DNA of 64,000 nucleotides from Octopus vulgaris (Eukaryota): positions 61,132,001 through 61,196,000 of the forward strand of contig OX597816.1 in the NCBI GenBank assembly GCA_951406725.2, given 5' to 3'. The notes under the pieces were generated by a model. The model ran no database searches and was not told the origin of the DNA. It was given only the letters and a program-made list of their open reading frames with translations. Both the position numbers and the translations under genes were made by a program. Positions 36,259-50,440 of this stretch are shown here, in pieces. The first letter of the stretch is position 1. Each line of letters opens with the position of its first letter.

Positions 36259-37465
36259 CAGGGGTTGGACAAAATAATGGAAACACCGAGCATCATAGTT
36301 TTAAAATATCTATAAAACCGTCAAAAGCTTGTATGTTTTTTATTTTTTAAAATTTATTATTAGTGTTGCTTAATATGTTTTGCTAAAATTGCTGTTTCGT
36401 TTCAGATATCATCAGAAAAATGTAATTAAAATTCATTAAAATGACAGAACTGTTGTATTTTCAAAGAGGTCAAATTGTTGGTGCTCGTATGGCAGATGCC
36501 AGCATAACAAAAACAGCCGAAATGTTTGGTGTATCAAGAAGAACTGTCTCAAAAGTAATGACAGCCTTTGAGAAAGAGGGAAAAACCTCCTCATAGAAAC
36601 AAAACTCTCAGATAGGGACTGTCAGACTCTTATGCGAATTGTTAGAAAGGATCACAAAAGTACAGCTACCAAAATTACTACAGAGCTTAATGATCACCTC
36701 GAGAACCCAGTTTCCACAAAGACTGTTCACCATGAGCTGCACAAAGCCAGATTTCACGGGAGGGCTGCAATCAGAAAACCACTACTTTCAAAAACAAACA
36801 TTGCAAAGCATTTAGAGTGGAGTAAAAATCTACAGAATTGGTCCCTAGAGCAGTGGAAGAATATTATTTTCTTGGACAAGTCATCCATTACCATATTTCC
36901 GACTACAGGCCGAGTATATGTGAGGTGACAAACCAAAAGAAGCATTTGATCCACACTGCCTTCTTCCAACTGTTAAATATGGAGGAGGATCTGTGATGAT
37001 CTGGTGGTGGGGCTATATCTTGGAAATCCGTTGGCCCAATGGTTTCCTTACATGGCAGAACTTATAGTCATGACTATTTAAGCATGGTTGCAGAACTCTT
37101 TCAGAATGATAATGCACCAATTTACATGGCTCAAGTTGTTACTGAACAGCACGAGGACCATTCTAGTGTAGCTGAACATCTTATCTGGCCACCACAGTCC
37201 CCAGATCTCAATATTATAGAACATTTATGGTGCATTTTAGAAAAACAAGTAAAGAGTCAATATCCTCCACCATCATCACTACAAGAACTGGAGACTGTTT
37301 TTTGCTGAAGAATGAACAGAATTCCTTTGGAAACAATTCAAACTTTGTATGAGTCCATACCTCATAGAATTGAAGATGTAACTACTGCCAAAGGTGGTTC
37401 TACCCCACATTAAAATAAATTTGTTTCAAATTTTAAGGTGTTTCCATTATTTTGTCCAACCTCTG
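36259..37465 (+). mobile_element. Tc1-like transposon (DDE type), full length with stops and deletions
   Basis: 29-bp TIRs caggggttggacaaaataatggaaacacc / ggtgtttccattattttgtccaacctctg with TA flanks; MTELLYFQRGQIVGARMA...RKPLL...FQNDNAPIY...WPPQSPDLNIIEHLW. Confidence 0.95.
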
Positions 37466-37526
37466 TATATATATGTGTGTGTGTATATATATATATACAC
37501 ACACACACACACATATACATACATAC

Positions 37527-38041
37527 AGGTGGTGAAACACGACCTTCAAACATTAGGACTCACCGAGGCAATGACTAGTGACCGAGACCTTTGGAAGTAT
37601 GCTGTGCGTGAGAAGACCCGGCAGGACAAGTGAGGCCATAACCCATGGCCTCTACTTGGGATGTAGCCAGCCCACTTATGCATACCTTTCCTTCTTGGGA
37701 CACAAAACTCTGCTTGCGAAGACCTGCAAGTGAAATTGGAATCGAAATCGAAATCGCTGAAAAATCAATAGAAATTGTAGTTGTGATACCAGTGCTGGTG
37801 GCACGTAAAAGAACCATCTGCACATGGCTATTGCCAGTGCCGGCCCGATTGGCCTCCGTGCCGGTGGCACGTAAAAAGCACCCACTACACTCACGGAGTG
37901 GTTGGCATTAGGAAGGGCATCCAGCTGTAGAAACACTGCCAGATCAGACTGGGCCTGGTGCTGCCTCCTGGCTTCCCAGACCCCAGTCGAACTGTCCAAC
38001 CCATGCTAGCATGGAAAGCGGATGTTAAACGATGATGATGA
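37527..38041 (+). mobile_element. RTE LINE 3' fragment (ORF end, 3' UTR, (gat)n)
   Basis: VVKHDLQTLGLTEAMTSDRDLWKYAVREKTRQDK matches the RT ORF C-terminus. Confidence 0.9.
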
Positions 38042-38144
38042 TATATATATACATACATATATATATGTATGTATGTATATGTATATATATATGTGTATGT
38101 ATATGTATATATATGTGTATGTATATATATATATATATTATTCT

Positions 38145-38507
38145 TTTGTCTCAGTCATTTGACTGCAGCCATACTGGAGCACCACCTTTTAGTCGAGCAA
38201 ATCAATCCCAGGACTTATTACTTGTAAGCTTAGTACTTATTCTATCAGGCTCTTTTTGTCGAACTGCTAAGTTACGGGAACGTAAACATACCACCATTGG
38301 TTGTCAAGCGGTGGTGGGGGGCAAACACAGATACACACACATATATATACGACGGGCTTCTTTCACTTTCAGTCTACCAAATCCATTCACAAAGCTATGG
38401 TCAGCCCGAGGTAGAAGATACTTGCCCAAGGTGCCACGCAGTGGGACTGAACCCGGAACTGTGTGGTTGGTAAGCAAGCTACTTACCACATAGCCACTCC
38501 TGCGCCT
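38145..38507 (-). mobile_element. SINE family A
   Basis: Reverse complement of the 14057-14454 type. Confidence 0.85.
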
Positions 38508-38753
38508 ATATATGAAACATGTCTGCAGCTGTCTGACTGGCAGGATGAAGCGGCTGACCTCCCCTGTTCGAAGGTTTATAATGGACGTAGGTTGTGTGTC
38601 AAATAGCTAGCTTGAGGCGGTGGCCTCTTGGAGCTAATCAGCGACAGCTTTAGTCTTATATTTATGACTGCCATATAAGTATGGCGATAACTATTAATTT
38701 CCAGTAACGCTGCCGTAATCTCCTTTAGAGAGACTTAGTAATTTTAATATTTC

Positions 38754-38792
<39 letters not shown>

Positions 38793-38943
38793 AAGCTTTT
38801 CTTCAGAAACAGGAGAGAGAGTAAAGGAAGACGGAGGAAAAATATTGCCAATGATTGAAATGTAGTTACATTTTGAAATATATATATATATATATATGTA
38901 GACAAACCAATATTAGCCGAGATGTGGCTGCAGGAGACAGATA

Positions 38944-39500
38944 TTGGGTTGTCCGGAAAGTTTGTGCCGATTTACAGTTGCTTACCTTTCGACTTACTTT
39001 AGAACATGGTTGAATCCATAAAATAGGATTTGACTACACCTCCATTTAGAGCACAGTTTAAGCTATCTTTTCCTGGAAGAAGGTTTATGTTCCTATAACC
39101 TGTGTTAATTCTGTAACCCTTTAAAATGGAAGGAAAGAAAGTCCATTTTCGGCACTTGATGCTTTGGGAACCAGACAAAAATTGCTGCAGCTCGGCTGGG
39201 ATGTGTTACCCCACCCTCCATATTCACCAGATATTGCTCCTTCGGATTTCCACTTATTCAGGTCTCTGCAGAATAGTCTTAATGGTAAAAATTTCAATTC
39301 CTTGGGCAACATAAAAAGATACCTTGATGAATTCTTTGCCATGAAACCACCTCAAGAGGGTATTTTCAAGTTAAAGAAAAGATGAAGATGCATTGTGCAA
39401 CAAAATGGTTCATATTTGGTTGATTAAAAATGTAATGGCAAGTATTTATTGACCTTTTCCTTTCCTTTAAAAATCGGCACGAACTTTCCGGACAACCCAA
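38944..39500 (+). mobile_element. Internally deleted mariner element
   Basis: ~30-bp TIRs ttgggttgtccggaaagtttgtgccgattt / aaatcggcacgaactttccggacaacccaa with TA TSDs; N-terminal MEGKKVHFRHLML joined to LPHPPYSPDIAPSDFHLF. Confidence 0.95.
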
Positions 39501-39694
39501 TATAAACACTAAAACACACACACACACACACAATAGGCCACTTTCATTTTCCGTCTGTGATGAGGTTTTGGTCGACTTAATGCTATAGAACTATAGAAGA
39601 CAGTTGCCTAAGGTGGAATGCAGTGGCACTGAATCCAGCAGCATGTGTTTGAGAAGCAGACATCAGGCACATTTTCACCAATAAAAATTACACT

Positions 39695-39766
39695 TAACAG
39701 GGCATAGTTTTGACCTATGGATCTCTGGGTTATGAGCCTAACACACTTCCACCGTGCCACTAGTAC
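39695..39766 (-). pseudogene. Degenerate initiator tRNA-Met(CAT) copy
   Basis: Minus agtggcacggtggaagtgtgttaggctCATaacccagagatccataggtcaaaactatgccctgtta aligns ungapped (51/72 by hand) to the recalled vertebrate tRNA-iMet; acceptor stem broken; T5 run just downstream. Confidence 0.75.
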
Positions 39767-41636
39767 GTGTGTGTGTAAGATATATTTAGTCGCACCTCTT
39801 AGTAATTTTCCTTTTGATTTTTCATTTTCTTTTGCTTGCATTGTAAGCTATATTAGTTGAATTTTTCACATTTTGTTAAATATATTAAATATTCTTATGA
39901 TTGCATTATTGAGTTCCAAATGTCAAACCAAATATGGACAAGAAAATTGATTTCTGTAGAAATGAAAATTGAAATGCTAAATCAACAAAAAAAAAAAAAA
40001 AAAAAAATTTGAAATTTCACAGAAATAATTGTTACTGTAAATAAACTGAATGAAGTGGCTGGATGTTCCACAGAAAAATGTAGACTTAATGTATTTCTCA
40101 AGTCGAATCTGTATGACGCTGTGCAATAAGGTAGGATATTTAGATCACAATTACAGACAACGAGCTTCTAAACAGTTTCCGTCTATTCATATTCACATTC
40201 ATGGTTTGGATCCATCTAACGCTATAGTTAAGACACTTGCCCAAGACGTCACGCAGTGGAATTGAACTGGGTTTCTCATTGTTGGAAAGTAAACTTCTTA
40301 ACTACTGACCAGTCAGTCATGCTCACACCTATCTATCTATCTGCCTGCGCCCCCACCTCGCATCACTTTTATGTGTACAAAGGAACGAGCGCTCAATAAT
40401 TCTATATTTTATATATATGTTTATAGTTATAATTAAAGAGTTAATGATTCAGTTATTCAAATTTAGAGTAATGTGGTAGGGAATCATAATCTATTGTTTA
40501 TATGTGTGTATTCATGTAGGCGAGAGAAAGAAAGAGACAGAGATAGAAGGGGTGCAGTTTATCTTAATCATTTTGAGTTTTTCAAGAGTTAATCATCAAC
40601 TGTTATTTAATGTTGTAATTATTTTTATATTTATTGGAAAATTGATTTCTTTAATAGTACATCTTGTTATCTGTCCCTGAAAACTATGTCCCATGTTGTT
40701 TTTATTTTTTGGTTAATGTGATGGCTTCCGTCCACCACTATTCTTTGATTCAGGAGATATGTATGCTTTCCAATATACCGTAGTACTCATATCTTTTCTT
40801 TTTTCCGTTATGTGTCGGTCTGGTGAGGAGTCCCTTTCTTATAAATTGTATTTTATAATAATTTTATTACATTATGTCTCCTAAAAAGGTTGTACCTGTA
40901 GAAGCATGCATTTTGAGTGGTTTAAAGTTAACTGAAACAATCCTGAAATTTGTTACTGAGCCAATCCCCTACATTTATTACTGAACAGAATAAAGAAATC
41001 GTTAGCATATACGCGTGCATGCTGGCTATTTTATTGACATTCATCGATAACTGATTCTGACGAATTAAAGTCTTTTTATAAGCTTCGAACACTTCGGTAC
41101 GTAATACCGGTACAAAACACCGGGTACTTTTCCGGACAATTTAACTGATCCTGACATAGGTTTTCCTTTCCTCGGCATTACATACGTGTTCATAAACAGA
41201 ACATAAATCTTTTGCATGGCTGACTTATTTTCGGTAATATTGCCATGAATAAAATTTCCTGTTTACACGCGGTTTTTTTTTCTACAAATGCTTTGTTAAA
41301 ACAGTATTATCCAACTACTGTGGCTGTGCATCCATGGTCGTTCTCCGATAAATATTTACCGAGAAGCTTATTTTCCGAACTTCTTATATTCATAGCTCAC
41401 TGGAAGTTAGATACACATGCATTTTAATATCTTTATTATTATTATTATTCCTTAAATTCATTAGATAAATATGGAAGCAATTTGAAAATAAATTGAAAAC
41501 TCCATCATAGGAATTTTGACAGCAACTGAACTTTCGGAAGTCTTGTATATTTCTATGGTCCTAGGTAATGAGTTTTCAGTGCACGTGTTGTTTCTGTATA
41601 CGCATGTAAGTATATAATATAAATAAAGTCAGCTAA

Positions 41637-41682
<46 letters not shown>

Positions 41683-42527
41683 TTAGTAATAATCTTTCAA
41701 AGCGGTATATCTATATATATACCGCGTTGAAAGATTATTACTAAAATATTTGGTGACAACCTTAGGTAGTGGTAAGTAGAAATACTAAATGAACCAGTAA
41801 TTTGAGATGTAGATGTTGTAAGATTACGAAGCAACTGTTCACGATATTGCATGTTAGGTATTTTATTTGTGTATGTAAATAAATATAACAATCACGCACA
41901 TACGCTCGTGTGTACTCTTGCTTATACAGTACATAGTTATTAAGGCAGATGCGATGATGAAAATATGGGGAAGTCAAAAAGCAGGCTGAAGGGAGGACGT
42001 GTGGTGGGGGATATAAAGATGGTTCGGATGATGCGCAACCCAGGACAGTCAAAATAGCCTACCCATATCTGTATCGTTGCAGTACATATAATTGCTTAAT
42101 ATGATAAAAGGATGGTAGTCACATATATGTACATGTGTGTGTTCAAATAAGGATAATGAGAAAAAGCTATTATATATATATATATAATACATATGTATGT
42201 ATATATATATATAAAATACATATATATGTATATATATAAAATACATATATATATATATTATATATATGAGAGGCGTACAACGTTTGTTATTTTGAAATCA
42301 TAATATTTATAAGCACAGTATACGTGCGCACATACATACTATAACATATATATATATATATACACTTCCATTCATACACATGGTGTATGTTTGTGTGGGA
42401 AAACACTTCTATGTATCGTTGTTTGTGTTTACACTTTTTGCCAATTGTAAGAGTGTAACACGTCAAGGGACATAACTAGGTTTTTGTGCCCGATTTCCTT
42501 CCATAGACGCCAGTTTTATTAGCTATA

Positions 42528-42600
42528 GTCACATGATCTCTCCTCCTCCTCCTTCTGCTGCTCCGTCTCCTCCTCCTTCCGCTCCTCCTCCTCCTCCTCC
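42528..42600. promoter_or_regulatory. E-box (GTCACATGA) followed by (CCT)n tract in a putative promoter
   Basis: gtcacatga 42528-42536, ~400 bp upstream of the candidate first exon in a repeat-poor region. Confidence 0.3.
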
Positions 42601-42943
42601 AATTACCAATGTCTATTCATTACAATGGAAGACTGTGGAACAGGTCTTTGTGAAATATATAAACAGCTGCGTACATGTCTTCTTAACCATTGATCTAAAT
42701 CATAGCAAGCAAGCGAGAAAAAACATAAATCTCTCTCTCTCTCTCTTGCAAGGGAAGGTTGGAAAAAAAAAAGAAAGAAAGAAAAGGCAAAAAGAAACAC
42801 TCGTATGTTTCCTAAATGTTGATTTTAATTACGTTATAAATGGCCATGTACCCTCGTCACTAGATTTGCTTCAAAGGGGAAATCTGATGCTGTTTCAAGA
42901 CGAGTGTTGGTGTAAAGTGAACTTTCTGCTGTCACCATGGAAA

Positions 42944-42957
42944 ATGGCTGACAATTG
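42944..42957 (+). CDS. Candidate first coding exon segment (M-A-D-N, phase-2 intron) of an unidentified host gene
   Basis: aaaATGGCTGACAATTG|gtaaga: good start context overlapping a YY1-like AAAATGGC motif, strong donor, T/G-rich intron-like sequence downstream. Confidence 0.45.
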
Positions 42958-43262
42958 GTAAGACATTGTTCCGGCCCTTTTTATATATATATATATATAT
43001 CTATTTAATTCATTACTTTCTAATTGGATTTATCGCCTTGTATAAACCATCCTTCAGTGTTTGTGATTTCCTCCAAAGGACTCTTAAGTTAATTTTAATT
43101 TAATTTCATACTTTTTATATATATTAAAAAAAAAAAATTTCACATGGAACTTATTTCATTTACGTCTAGCGTCAAGTACTTTCCCATCAATGATTGAATA
43201 TTTCCGAAAAAGCGCTTTATTGCTGTTTTGCATTTTACACATGCACACACACACACATACGT

Positions 43263-43329
<67 letters not shown>

Positions 43330-46300
43330 GTGTGTGTATTCATACATTTTCATTCGATCTTTATTTAATCAACAATTAAAGACTAAGCAATATTTTTGTA
43401 AGTGATATAAAAACAAGTATTAGTTTACCGGATATGAGTAGAAAACTAACTAATTTTTAATTATTATATTATCGAAGTATATTTAACCTTCCTGTTTCAG
43501 TTCTCTCTATTAATGTCTAATGCTTGATCGACTCTTAACTAATTTTGTTTTCCTAGCTTTTTTTTTTCTTTCATTTTTTTTTCTCGCTGTTGTAAATCAC
43601 TTAAGATAAATGTCTCTCTTCATGAATATATATGATCTATGTGGATGTCAGTTCTGCTAACGAATATATTTGTTTATTTCTACCACCGCTTCGTTTGTGT
43701 TACAAAGATTTCTCATGAATCTTCTTAACCAAAATATAAATCTCAACTATTTTTTTTTTTTATTATCCGAATGCTTTATTTATATGAAAATGCTAATTCT
43801 ATTTATCTTATCTGCTCGGGAAATTGATACATAAAATTACATGTAATATACACACACACACGCATGTGTGTGTATGTGGGGGTCTGTGTACGTGTATGTG
43901 TGTTGTATATGTTGCTCCAGTATGGCAAAAGCCTTTGGGCTGAAACGTGTAAACGTATATGTACACACACACACACATATATATATACCTATGTATATAT
44001 ACATGCATCTGTATACATGTATATTTGTGTGTTTATATATATATATATATAAAAGTATTATATGTATAATATTTTTTTTTGTGTACAAGATTTGTTTATT
44101 TTAATATTCTCAATTATTCAAGATATAAACATTTTCGTTTCGTTTGGTTTTATAATGGATTTTGTTTTCCATCTTTTAAATAATTTGCGGATAAAGTATT
44201 ATTAATGTTTTCAATTTATTAAAAAAGAAAAAAAAAAATGTACACAATATTTTCAGTACCTGATTTCTGAATAATTTGTACCTAATTCCAATACTTGATC
44301 TTTGAGGCTTTATAAGATCGATAAACACATCTTATATATAATTTATTTTGGTAAATTTTAACGTTGGGAATGACAGTGATACTGAGAAATAGCAATTTTG
44401 CACAGATTTTCATTTTAGAGGCAAAGAGTATTTTCGTTTTCATTTTTTTATTTTCTTAGTCTTTAATTTATTCCTATACTATGATACAGAATTAGTTATT
44501 ACATCCCAATATTATGACAGAATGCCTTAATTGTTTATATATATATATATATATATATCGTTATACGTAAATTGTTTTTGAAATGTTTTTTTAGACACAA
44601 GTTGAAAGTAATGAACGAAAATAACCTTTATACTTATACAAGGAAGTAGAATAGTTATTTAATCTATTAGCTATCACCCTGGCTTAAATTATTGCAATTT
44701 ATATAAGGTGGCGGCGGGGGGGGGGGGGGGCAAGTAAAGAAAAAAAAGGTGAAACACGGTTGTACTGAGGACGTCCATGAGTGGGGTTTATAATCAACCT
44801 TATGTCAATAATACCTACCAGAGAGGCTGAGTTGTTTGTAGATTATTTTACAAGGTTACAAGGAATTGCTTAAATGTATACAAAATATATATATACAACT
44901 ATATTTTTATGCTATATTTAATAAAACAAAGATGGCCTTGTTCAGTGTTAGAAGTTCATTCGTTTCATTTTTATATTAGATGCTTTTATATCTTGGAATG
45001 TTTGAAATGAGTTATGGGAGAAATGCTGGTAAATTTGCAGAAAGGAAACATCTTATTGTTTGGCCCCAGTTTAGTACTGATCCAGCAGACATGCTCAAAG
45101 GCGTTCCAGTCGTAACCATTCCGTCTTATTTTATTCTGATGTACTATACCTAGGTTTATATTATCCAATATATCATGCATTTTTTTTGAAAACGGTAGGG
45201 TGTCGAACGTTCACGTAAAGACTGTCTCTCTCGATGGCTGATTGTTGTTGTTTAGTACCACGAAAGAGATAAAAGGCTTTACAGTATTGACCGCCCTGTC
45301 TTTATATAAATCGGATCACATTCAATACATCCCTGCCTTAAGGGAGATTTGGCTGCTATTTCTAACCTGTCGGGTGGTCGCGTAAAGAATTCCTCGACTC
45401 GAGAAAACACCTGGTGATCAGTACTGGCGTGGGTCTGTACTTTATTTAGATTCAATCAAACATAAGGTAGCGGAATTATCATTGAAACTGGATGAAGTAA
45501 AACAGCGCAATCGTCCTTATTTGCTGTAGAAACGCAACAAAGAAAATTCAGATAATTTGTATGCATCACAACAACTCCTTAGTAATCGCAGCATCTTTCA
45601 GAGAAGCGTCATCAAGCATTGGGATGGATCGGAATAAACTAAACGTATCTTTACATCGAAAATTCCAAGTTATTTTATCAGAAACAATAAAAATATGGAG
45701 TTTAGTTTCAGAGGATTTACTAATTTTTAAGTATTAAAACTGTTACCATAGGAATAGTTGGTACATGTTTAAATAAAGCATTGCATTTGTGTTTAATTTC
45801 CATTTGTGAGTTAGTATATCATGAATTTCTAAGGATATGATATAAATATATATATAAACTGATTTGTAACCAATCTTGATGTCAAACAGGAGCTAAATCA
45901 TATCTTACTGTTTAAAAAAAAGGACATATTAGATAGTGTGCAGACTTGTAGTGTTTCCCATAGGTGTGGAGTGAGAGGATTCAAAAGAGGGCAGATAAAT
46001 TGCTATGTTTAATAAAATGAAAATATTTCTAAACATAGTGAAGAAAGAATTGTTATATGGATGCAAACTCTTTTGTCTTCACATTAATCAAGTGAGAAGG
46101 AGGTTGAAAATATGGTATTTATTTTTCTGGTTTGGCTGGTATTTTTCTGTTGGAGAGTCACTGATCTATTGCTGCCTGGAAAAAAAAACTACAGGACTGT
46201 CACAGACAGCCAGAGCATCTTTGATCTAGGTTTTGCTCAATCAGAGCTGAGTAGGTGCTGAACAACAACATTTCTAATACAATCTTGAAAAAAGGAGGTG

Positions 46301-46626
46301 TACATTGATAATATATTCCTAGATATGTTATGATTGGCACACATTTGATCATAGGTCCTGTCAGTGAATCTTGGTAGGTTAATTTTCTTTACCTTTAGCC
46401 ATTCAAATCTTAAACTTCACATCATATGATTGGTGTGTATATTAGTAAGAAAAAAGTTTGTGGTACATATTAAAGAATGAATATAAGTTGGGAAAGCCTA
46501 CTTTTTGTATTAATAATGCTAAGGGATTACTCTTTGTATTATTAATGCTAAAGGTCTAACGTTTGTAAGGAATAGATTTTCAAGACAGTGCAAAAATGAA
46601 TGGTTAATGTGTAAACAGTATTAGTC

Positions 46627-46706
46627 AACAAATATGATGTGGAACTATGAAGATCTAGTTTTAATAAACAAATATGATGTGGAACTATGAAGATCTAGTT
46701 TTAATA
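46627..46706. repeat. Perfect 40-bp tandem duplication
   Basis: aacaaatatgatgtggaactatgaagatctagttttaata x2. Confidence 0.95.
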
Positions 46707-47537
46707 TGTCCAAGAAAAACAAATAGAAAATAAGGAACCAGAAGAAATTATTGATAGCATTCTTAGTGAGACTTGGTATAACAGATTCTTGATATATAAC
46801 AACTGAATATTTTTTTTCTTTCCATTAATACAAGAATTTGATAAATATTTGATAAGATTCTGAACACTAGTACTTCGTACGTGTAGATGACTCATTAGAT
46901 TTGTAGTGGTGGTGGTGGGGATTTGATCCAAACGGTGGTTGGATATTTGTACTGTGAGACATTCAGTTATGAACATTTGTTTCTGCTTCTCTAACCCTTC
47001 ATATTAGCTTTCAAGTAAATAAGGCTACTTCTGTGGTTGTTCAATATGCTAAAAATGTTAGCCAAATCTCCTTGAAATCACACTACTTGTCTTATAAAAA
47101 AAAGATACATTGGACAGTGTCATTCTGGTTATACAGAAAGATGAGGTGGTCATGGTGGAATGTTTTTGATCATAGATATGGCCAGTAAAAGCTGACCTCA
47201 AGTGAAATAGCAGTAACAGCTTTTCAGACGGACATGATTACTTATGTAAATGTACTGAGCAGTGTTATTAGCGATAGAAATTTATAGCAAAGTGAAAAGG
47301 TTTATGTGTTGGATCAGCTAAATTAAAATTAGCACAATTGAAGCTGAGTTGTGAGCTTACCTCATTGGGAACTTATTACAGTTCAGTGCTTACCATTAGC
47401 AAGATTATTTAAAACCTATTGCAGTTGACTTTGTTTTTCATACTTCAAGGGTTGATAAAGTACCAGCTGTGTACTGAGTCAGTTTAATTCACTGTATTTC
47501 CTTTCTAAAATGTGCCAGTGTTAGATATCAATGATAT

Positions 47538-47752
47538 TGACTCTTTTGTTACCATGTTTTTGTTGACATAGATTGCCTCTGTTTCAATTAATTTTGAAAA
47601 TAATTTAATAAAACAACTGTGTTATTATACTGGAGTTTGGAACATGGATTAGCATGAAATTTTGATGGTAGATTTTAATTTAGATCACTTTAAAATGGAG
47701 TTTGTCTTGTAGAATTAGGGGTGGTCTTGGATGCATTGGTATCAAATGGGCT
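47538..47752. mobile_element. Decayed TTAA-type MITE
   Basis: ttgactcttttgttacc ... ggtatcaaatggg resembles ttaacccttt/aaagggttaa ends. Confidence 0.35.
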
Positions 47753-48189
47753 CCTATCACTTTTCATGTATATGAGGTACAGCCACGGCTATGTGGTTAT
47801 GAAGTTTGCTTTGCAACCTTGTGATTTTAGGTTTTATCCCACTGCGTAGTACTTTGGGCAAGTACCTTCTGCTATGGCCTTGAGTTTATCATTGCTTTGT
47901 GAGTAAAATTTAGCAGACTGAAACTATATGGAAGTTCATTGTGTGTGTGTGTCTCCATATGTCTTTGCATTAACACCACTTGGGAAGAGGTGATTTTATT
48001 CATGTCCTGCTACTTAGCAGTTTGATGTATGAAAACCAATATAGAATAAAGTACCTTATTTGAAAACAAGGGTTAGCACCAGGAAGGCCATCCAGCTGTA
48101 GAATACTACCTCAAGTTTCATCCAACCCATGCATGAAAAAAGCAGTTATAAAAATAACCATCTCTTCATAGGGCCTTATCAGAAGCAAC

Positions 48190-48434
48190 TGTCATTAGAC
48201 TTTCCAGATGGATTCTCAGTTGTGATGGAGACTATGGATATTATCCAACTATCTCATTCTTGGTTTGCTCCTAGATCTCCTGCTAGTTTGCTCAGCTCGA
48301 AGAATCCATCTTGCGATTCTTTCCTGTGACACTCTGATCACTTGTCCGTAGTCCTGGAGTTGTAATCTGTCAATGTAGAGAAGTAGTGATTTGACCTGGA
48401 GAGACTCCAGTTTTTGAGCTGTGCACCCTCTCAA
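48190..48434 (-). mobile_element. RTE-like RT C-terminal fragment (different family)
   Basis: IDRLQLQDYGQVIRVSQERIARWIL...RRSRSKPRMR*LDNI resembles LRWYGHVxRM...RPRGRPRxRW. Confidence 0.65.
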
Positions 48435-49174
48435 GTAACCTCACTACAGAGAAGACTACTCTTGTCCAATATACCATGCAGTTAGATTGAATTGAGAACC
48501 ACAAATTGAACTTCTTATCCACATACATCATCATTTAGGTTTGACAGGAACTGATATGTCCAAGCACTGTATTGAGCTCCAATGTCTGCTTTGGCATGGT
48601 TTTTAAAGCTGGATGCCCTCCCTAACGCCAACCACTTTACAGCATGGTCTGGGTACTTTTTTCGTGCCACGTGCACTATTGAGGTCACCAAGCAGTTTGT
48701 AGGACTATGAGCCCTGGGGTAGGTGGGAGAATCAATTTCATGCTTGGGGGTGAGAGGAGTAGGTTTCTGAATATAAATTATGTAAAAGAATATACAGAAT
48801 TCAAAATTATATAAAAGATGAATTATTTTCATTATTTGTGTTGTGAAGAAACCTAAAAAATATGTAAAGCCTTGCATTTTGGATTCAAATGGAATTATTG
48901 CTTGTGTCACATCTGTGGTATATACATGCATAATAATGAAGAGCTGGTATTGTCAGCATACTACCATAATACTGAAAGGCTTTAGGTCAAAGTTTTTTTT
49001 ATCTACCTGATATTGGCAAGTATCTATATGAGTAGCTGAGTTATATATCGTGTTGGTTCACAACTGAAGGCCTCTGTATTTTGAAATACTCAGTCACAGT
49101 TATGAAATTTCAAGTCACACGTTTTATGTATGTGGTTCAGGATGTGTAAAAAGTCAATAGACAACATATTCTCA

Positions 49175-49470
49175 ATATAAAATAGTGTACATTCAAACAC
49201 AAGAGAAAACTACCTTTAACAGGTAATTTTTTACACGCTAGAAGAAGCAGCCAAAACGAGCAAAGCCACATTTAATAGCAATTTTCAAAGGGAATGGAAA
49301 ATGAAAACTTTTACCTTGTTATTTTTTTACGGTTATACGTAGGTTTCCATTCCCTTCGAAAATTGCTATTAAATGTGGCTTTGCTCGTTTTGGCTGCTTC
49401 TTCTAGCGTGTAAAAAAATTACCTGTTAAAGGTAATTTTCTCTTGAGTTTGAATGTACACTATTTTATAT
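49175..49470. repeat. ~126-bp near-perfect inverted repeat with 43-nt spacer
   Basis: 49175-49300 vs 49344-49470. Confidence 0.9.
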
Positions 49471-50068
49471 ATATATCATCATCATCGTTTAACATCTGTT
49501 TTCCTTGCTAGCATGGGTTGGACAGTTCGACTGGGGTCTGGGAAGCCAGGAGGCTGCACCAGGCTCCAGTCTGATATGGCAGTGTTTCTATAGCTGGATG
49601 CCCTTCTAAACGCCAACTGCTCCGTGAGTGTAGTGGGTGTTTTTTACATGCTACTGGCACAGGTGCCAGGGGGTGGCTGGCAACAGTCATGATCAGTTGG
49701 TGGTTTTTACGTACCACGGACACGGAAGCCAGTCAAGGCGGCGCTGGCATCGGCCACATACGGATGGTGCTTTTTACATGCCAGGGTAGGCTGGCCATAT
49801 ATATATATATATATATAATAATTTCATGTCCCCATGATCAATACTTCCATGGGTTGGATGGTTTAACAGGATTTCATGGGTCTAAAGCCAACATTGTAAT
49901 ATTGTGCTCTGGGTGCTTTTTTCGTGCCACTGGCATTAGTGAGGTTGCCATACAGTGTGTAGGACTATGAAACCCAAAAGGTAGGGTTGGCTTTATGCTA
50001 GAGGTTGAGGGTTAAATTATGAGAAAAGGGAGGGGGAAGTACAGTGCAGGTTCTTGCAGAGGAGCTAT

Positions 50069-50440
50069 CATCATCATTGTTTGACCGTGGTCGAGACAAT
50101 GGAATTTACTATGCTACGCCAGACTTCACGGTCCATCATGGCATTATGGAGGTCCTGTTGGTGGATGCCTGTATCCCTGGAGATTACATCAGGGTAGGAG
50201 AGTGTGTGCCCTCTGGTATCGCAAGTAGATGGCTTCCAGAGGAGAAGAGTAGAAATTGCCTCGTTTTCAGCTCTACAACAATGTCCAGCAAACTGGACTC
50301 TCCTACCTTTCACAAGAGATGATACAGGTGGTAGTTTCCCATATATTTGTACTTTGGTTGGATGACGCCTCCAAGAGAGATTTTGAGCTCTCATAAGGAG
50401 GCGAGTGTAAGTTCCATCCAACTGCCTCTCAAGCTTCTTT
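50069..50440 (-). mobile_element. 5'-truncated RTE-like LINE with 10-bp TSD
   Basis: ORF LDGTYTRLLMRAQNLSW...RRVQFAGHC...MMDREVWR; (tga)n tail; gaggagctat at 50059-50068 and 50441-50450. Confidence 0.9.

Noticed and set aside
42533-42961. 142-aa proline-rich ORF
   Set aside because: Made of (CCT)n, (CT)n and A-rich runs; only the last ATG-donor segment is plausible
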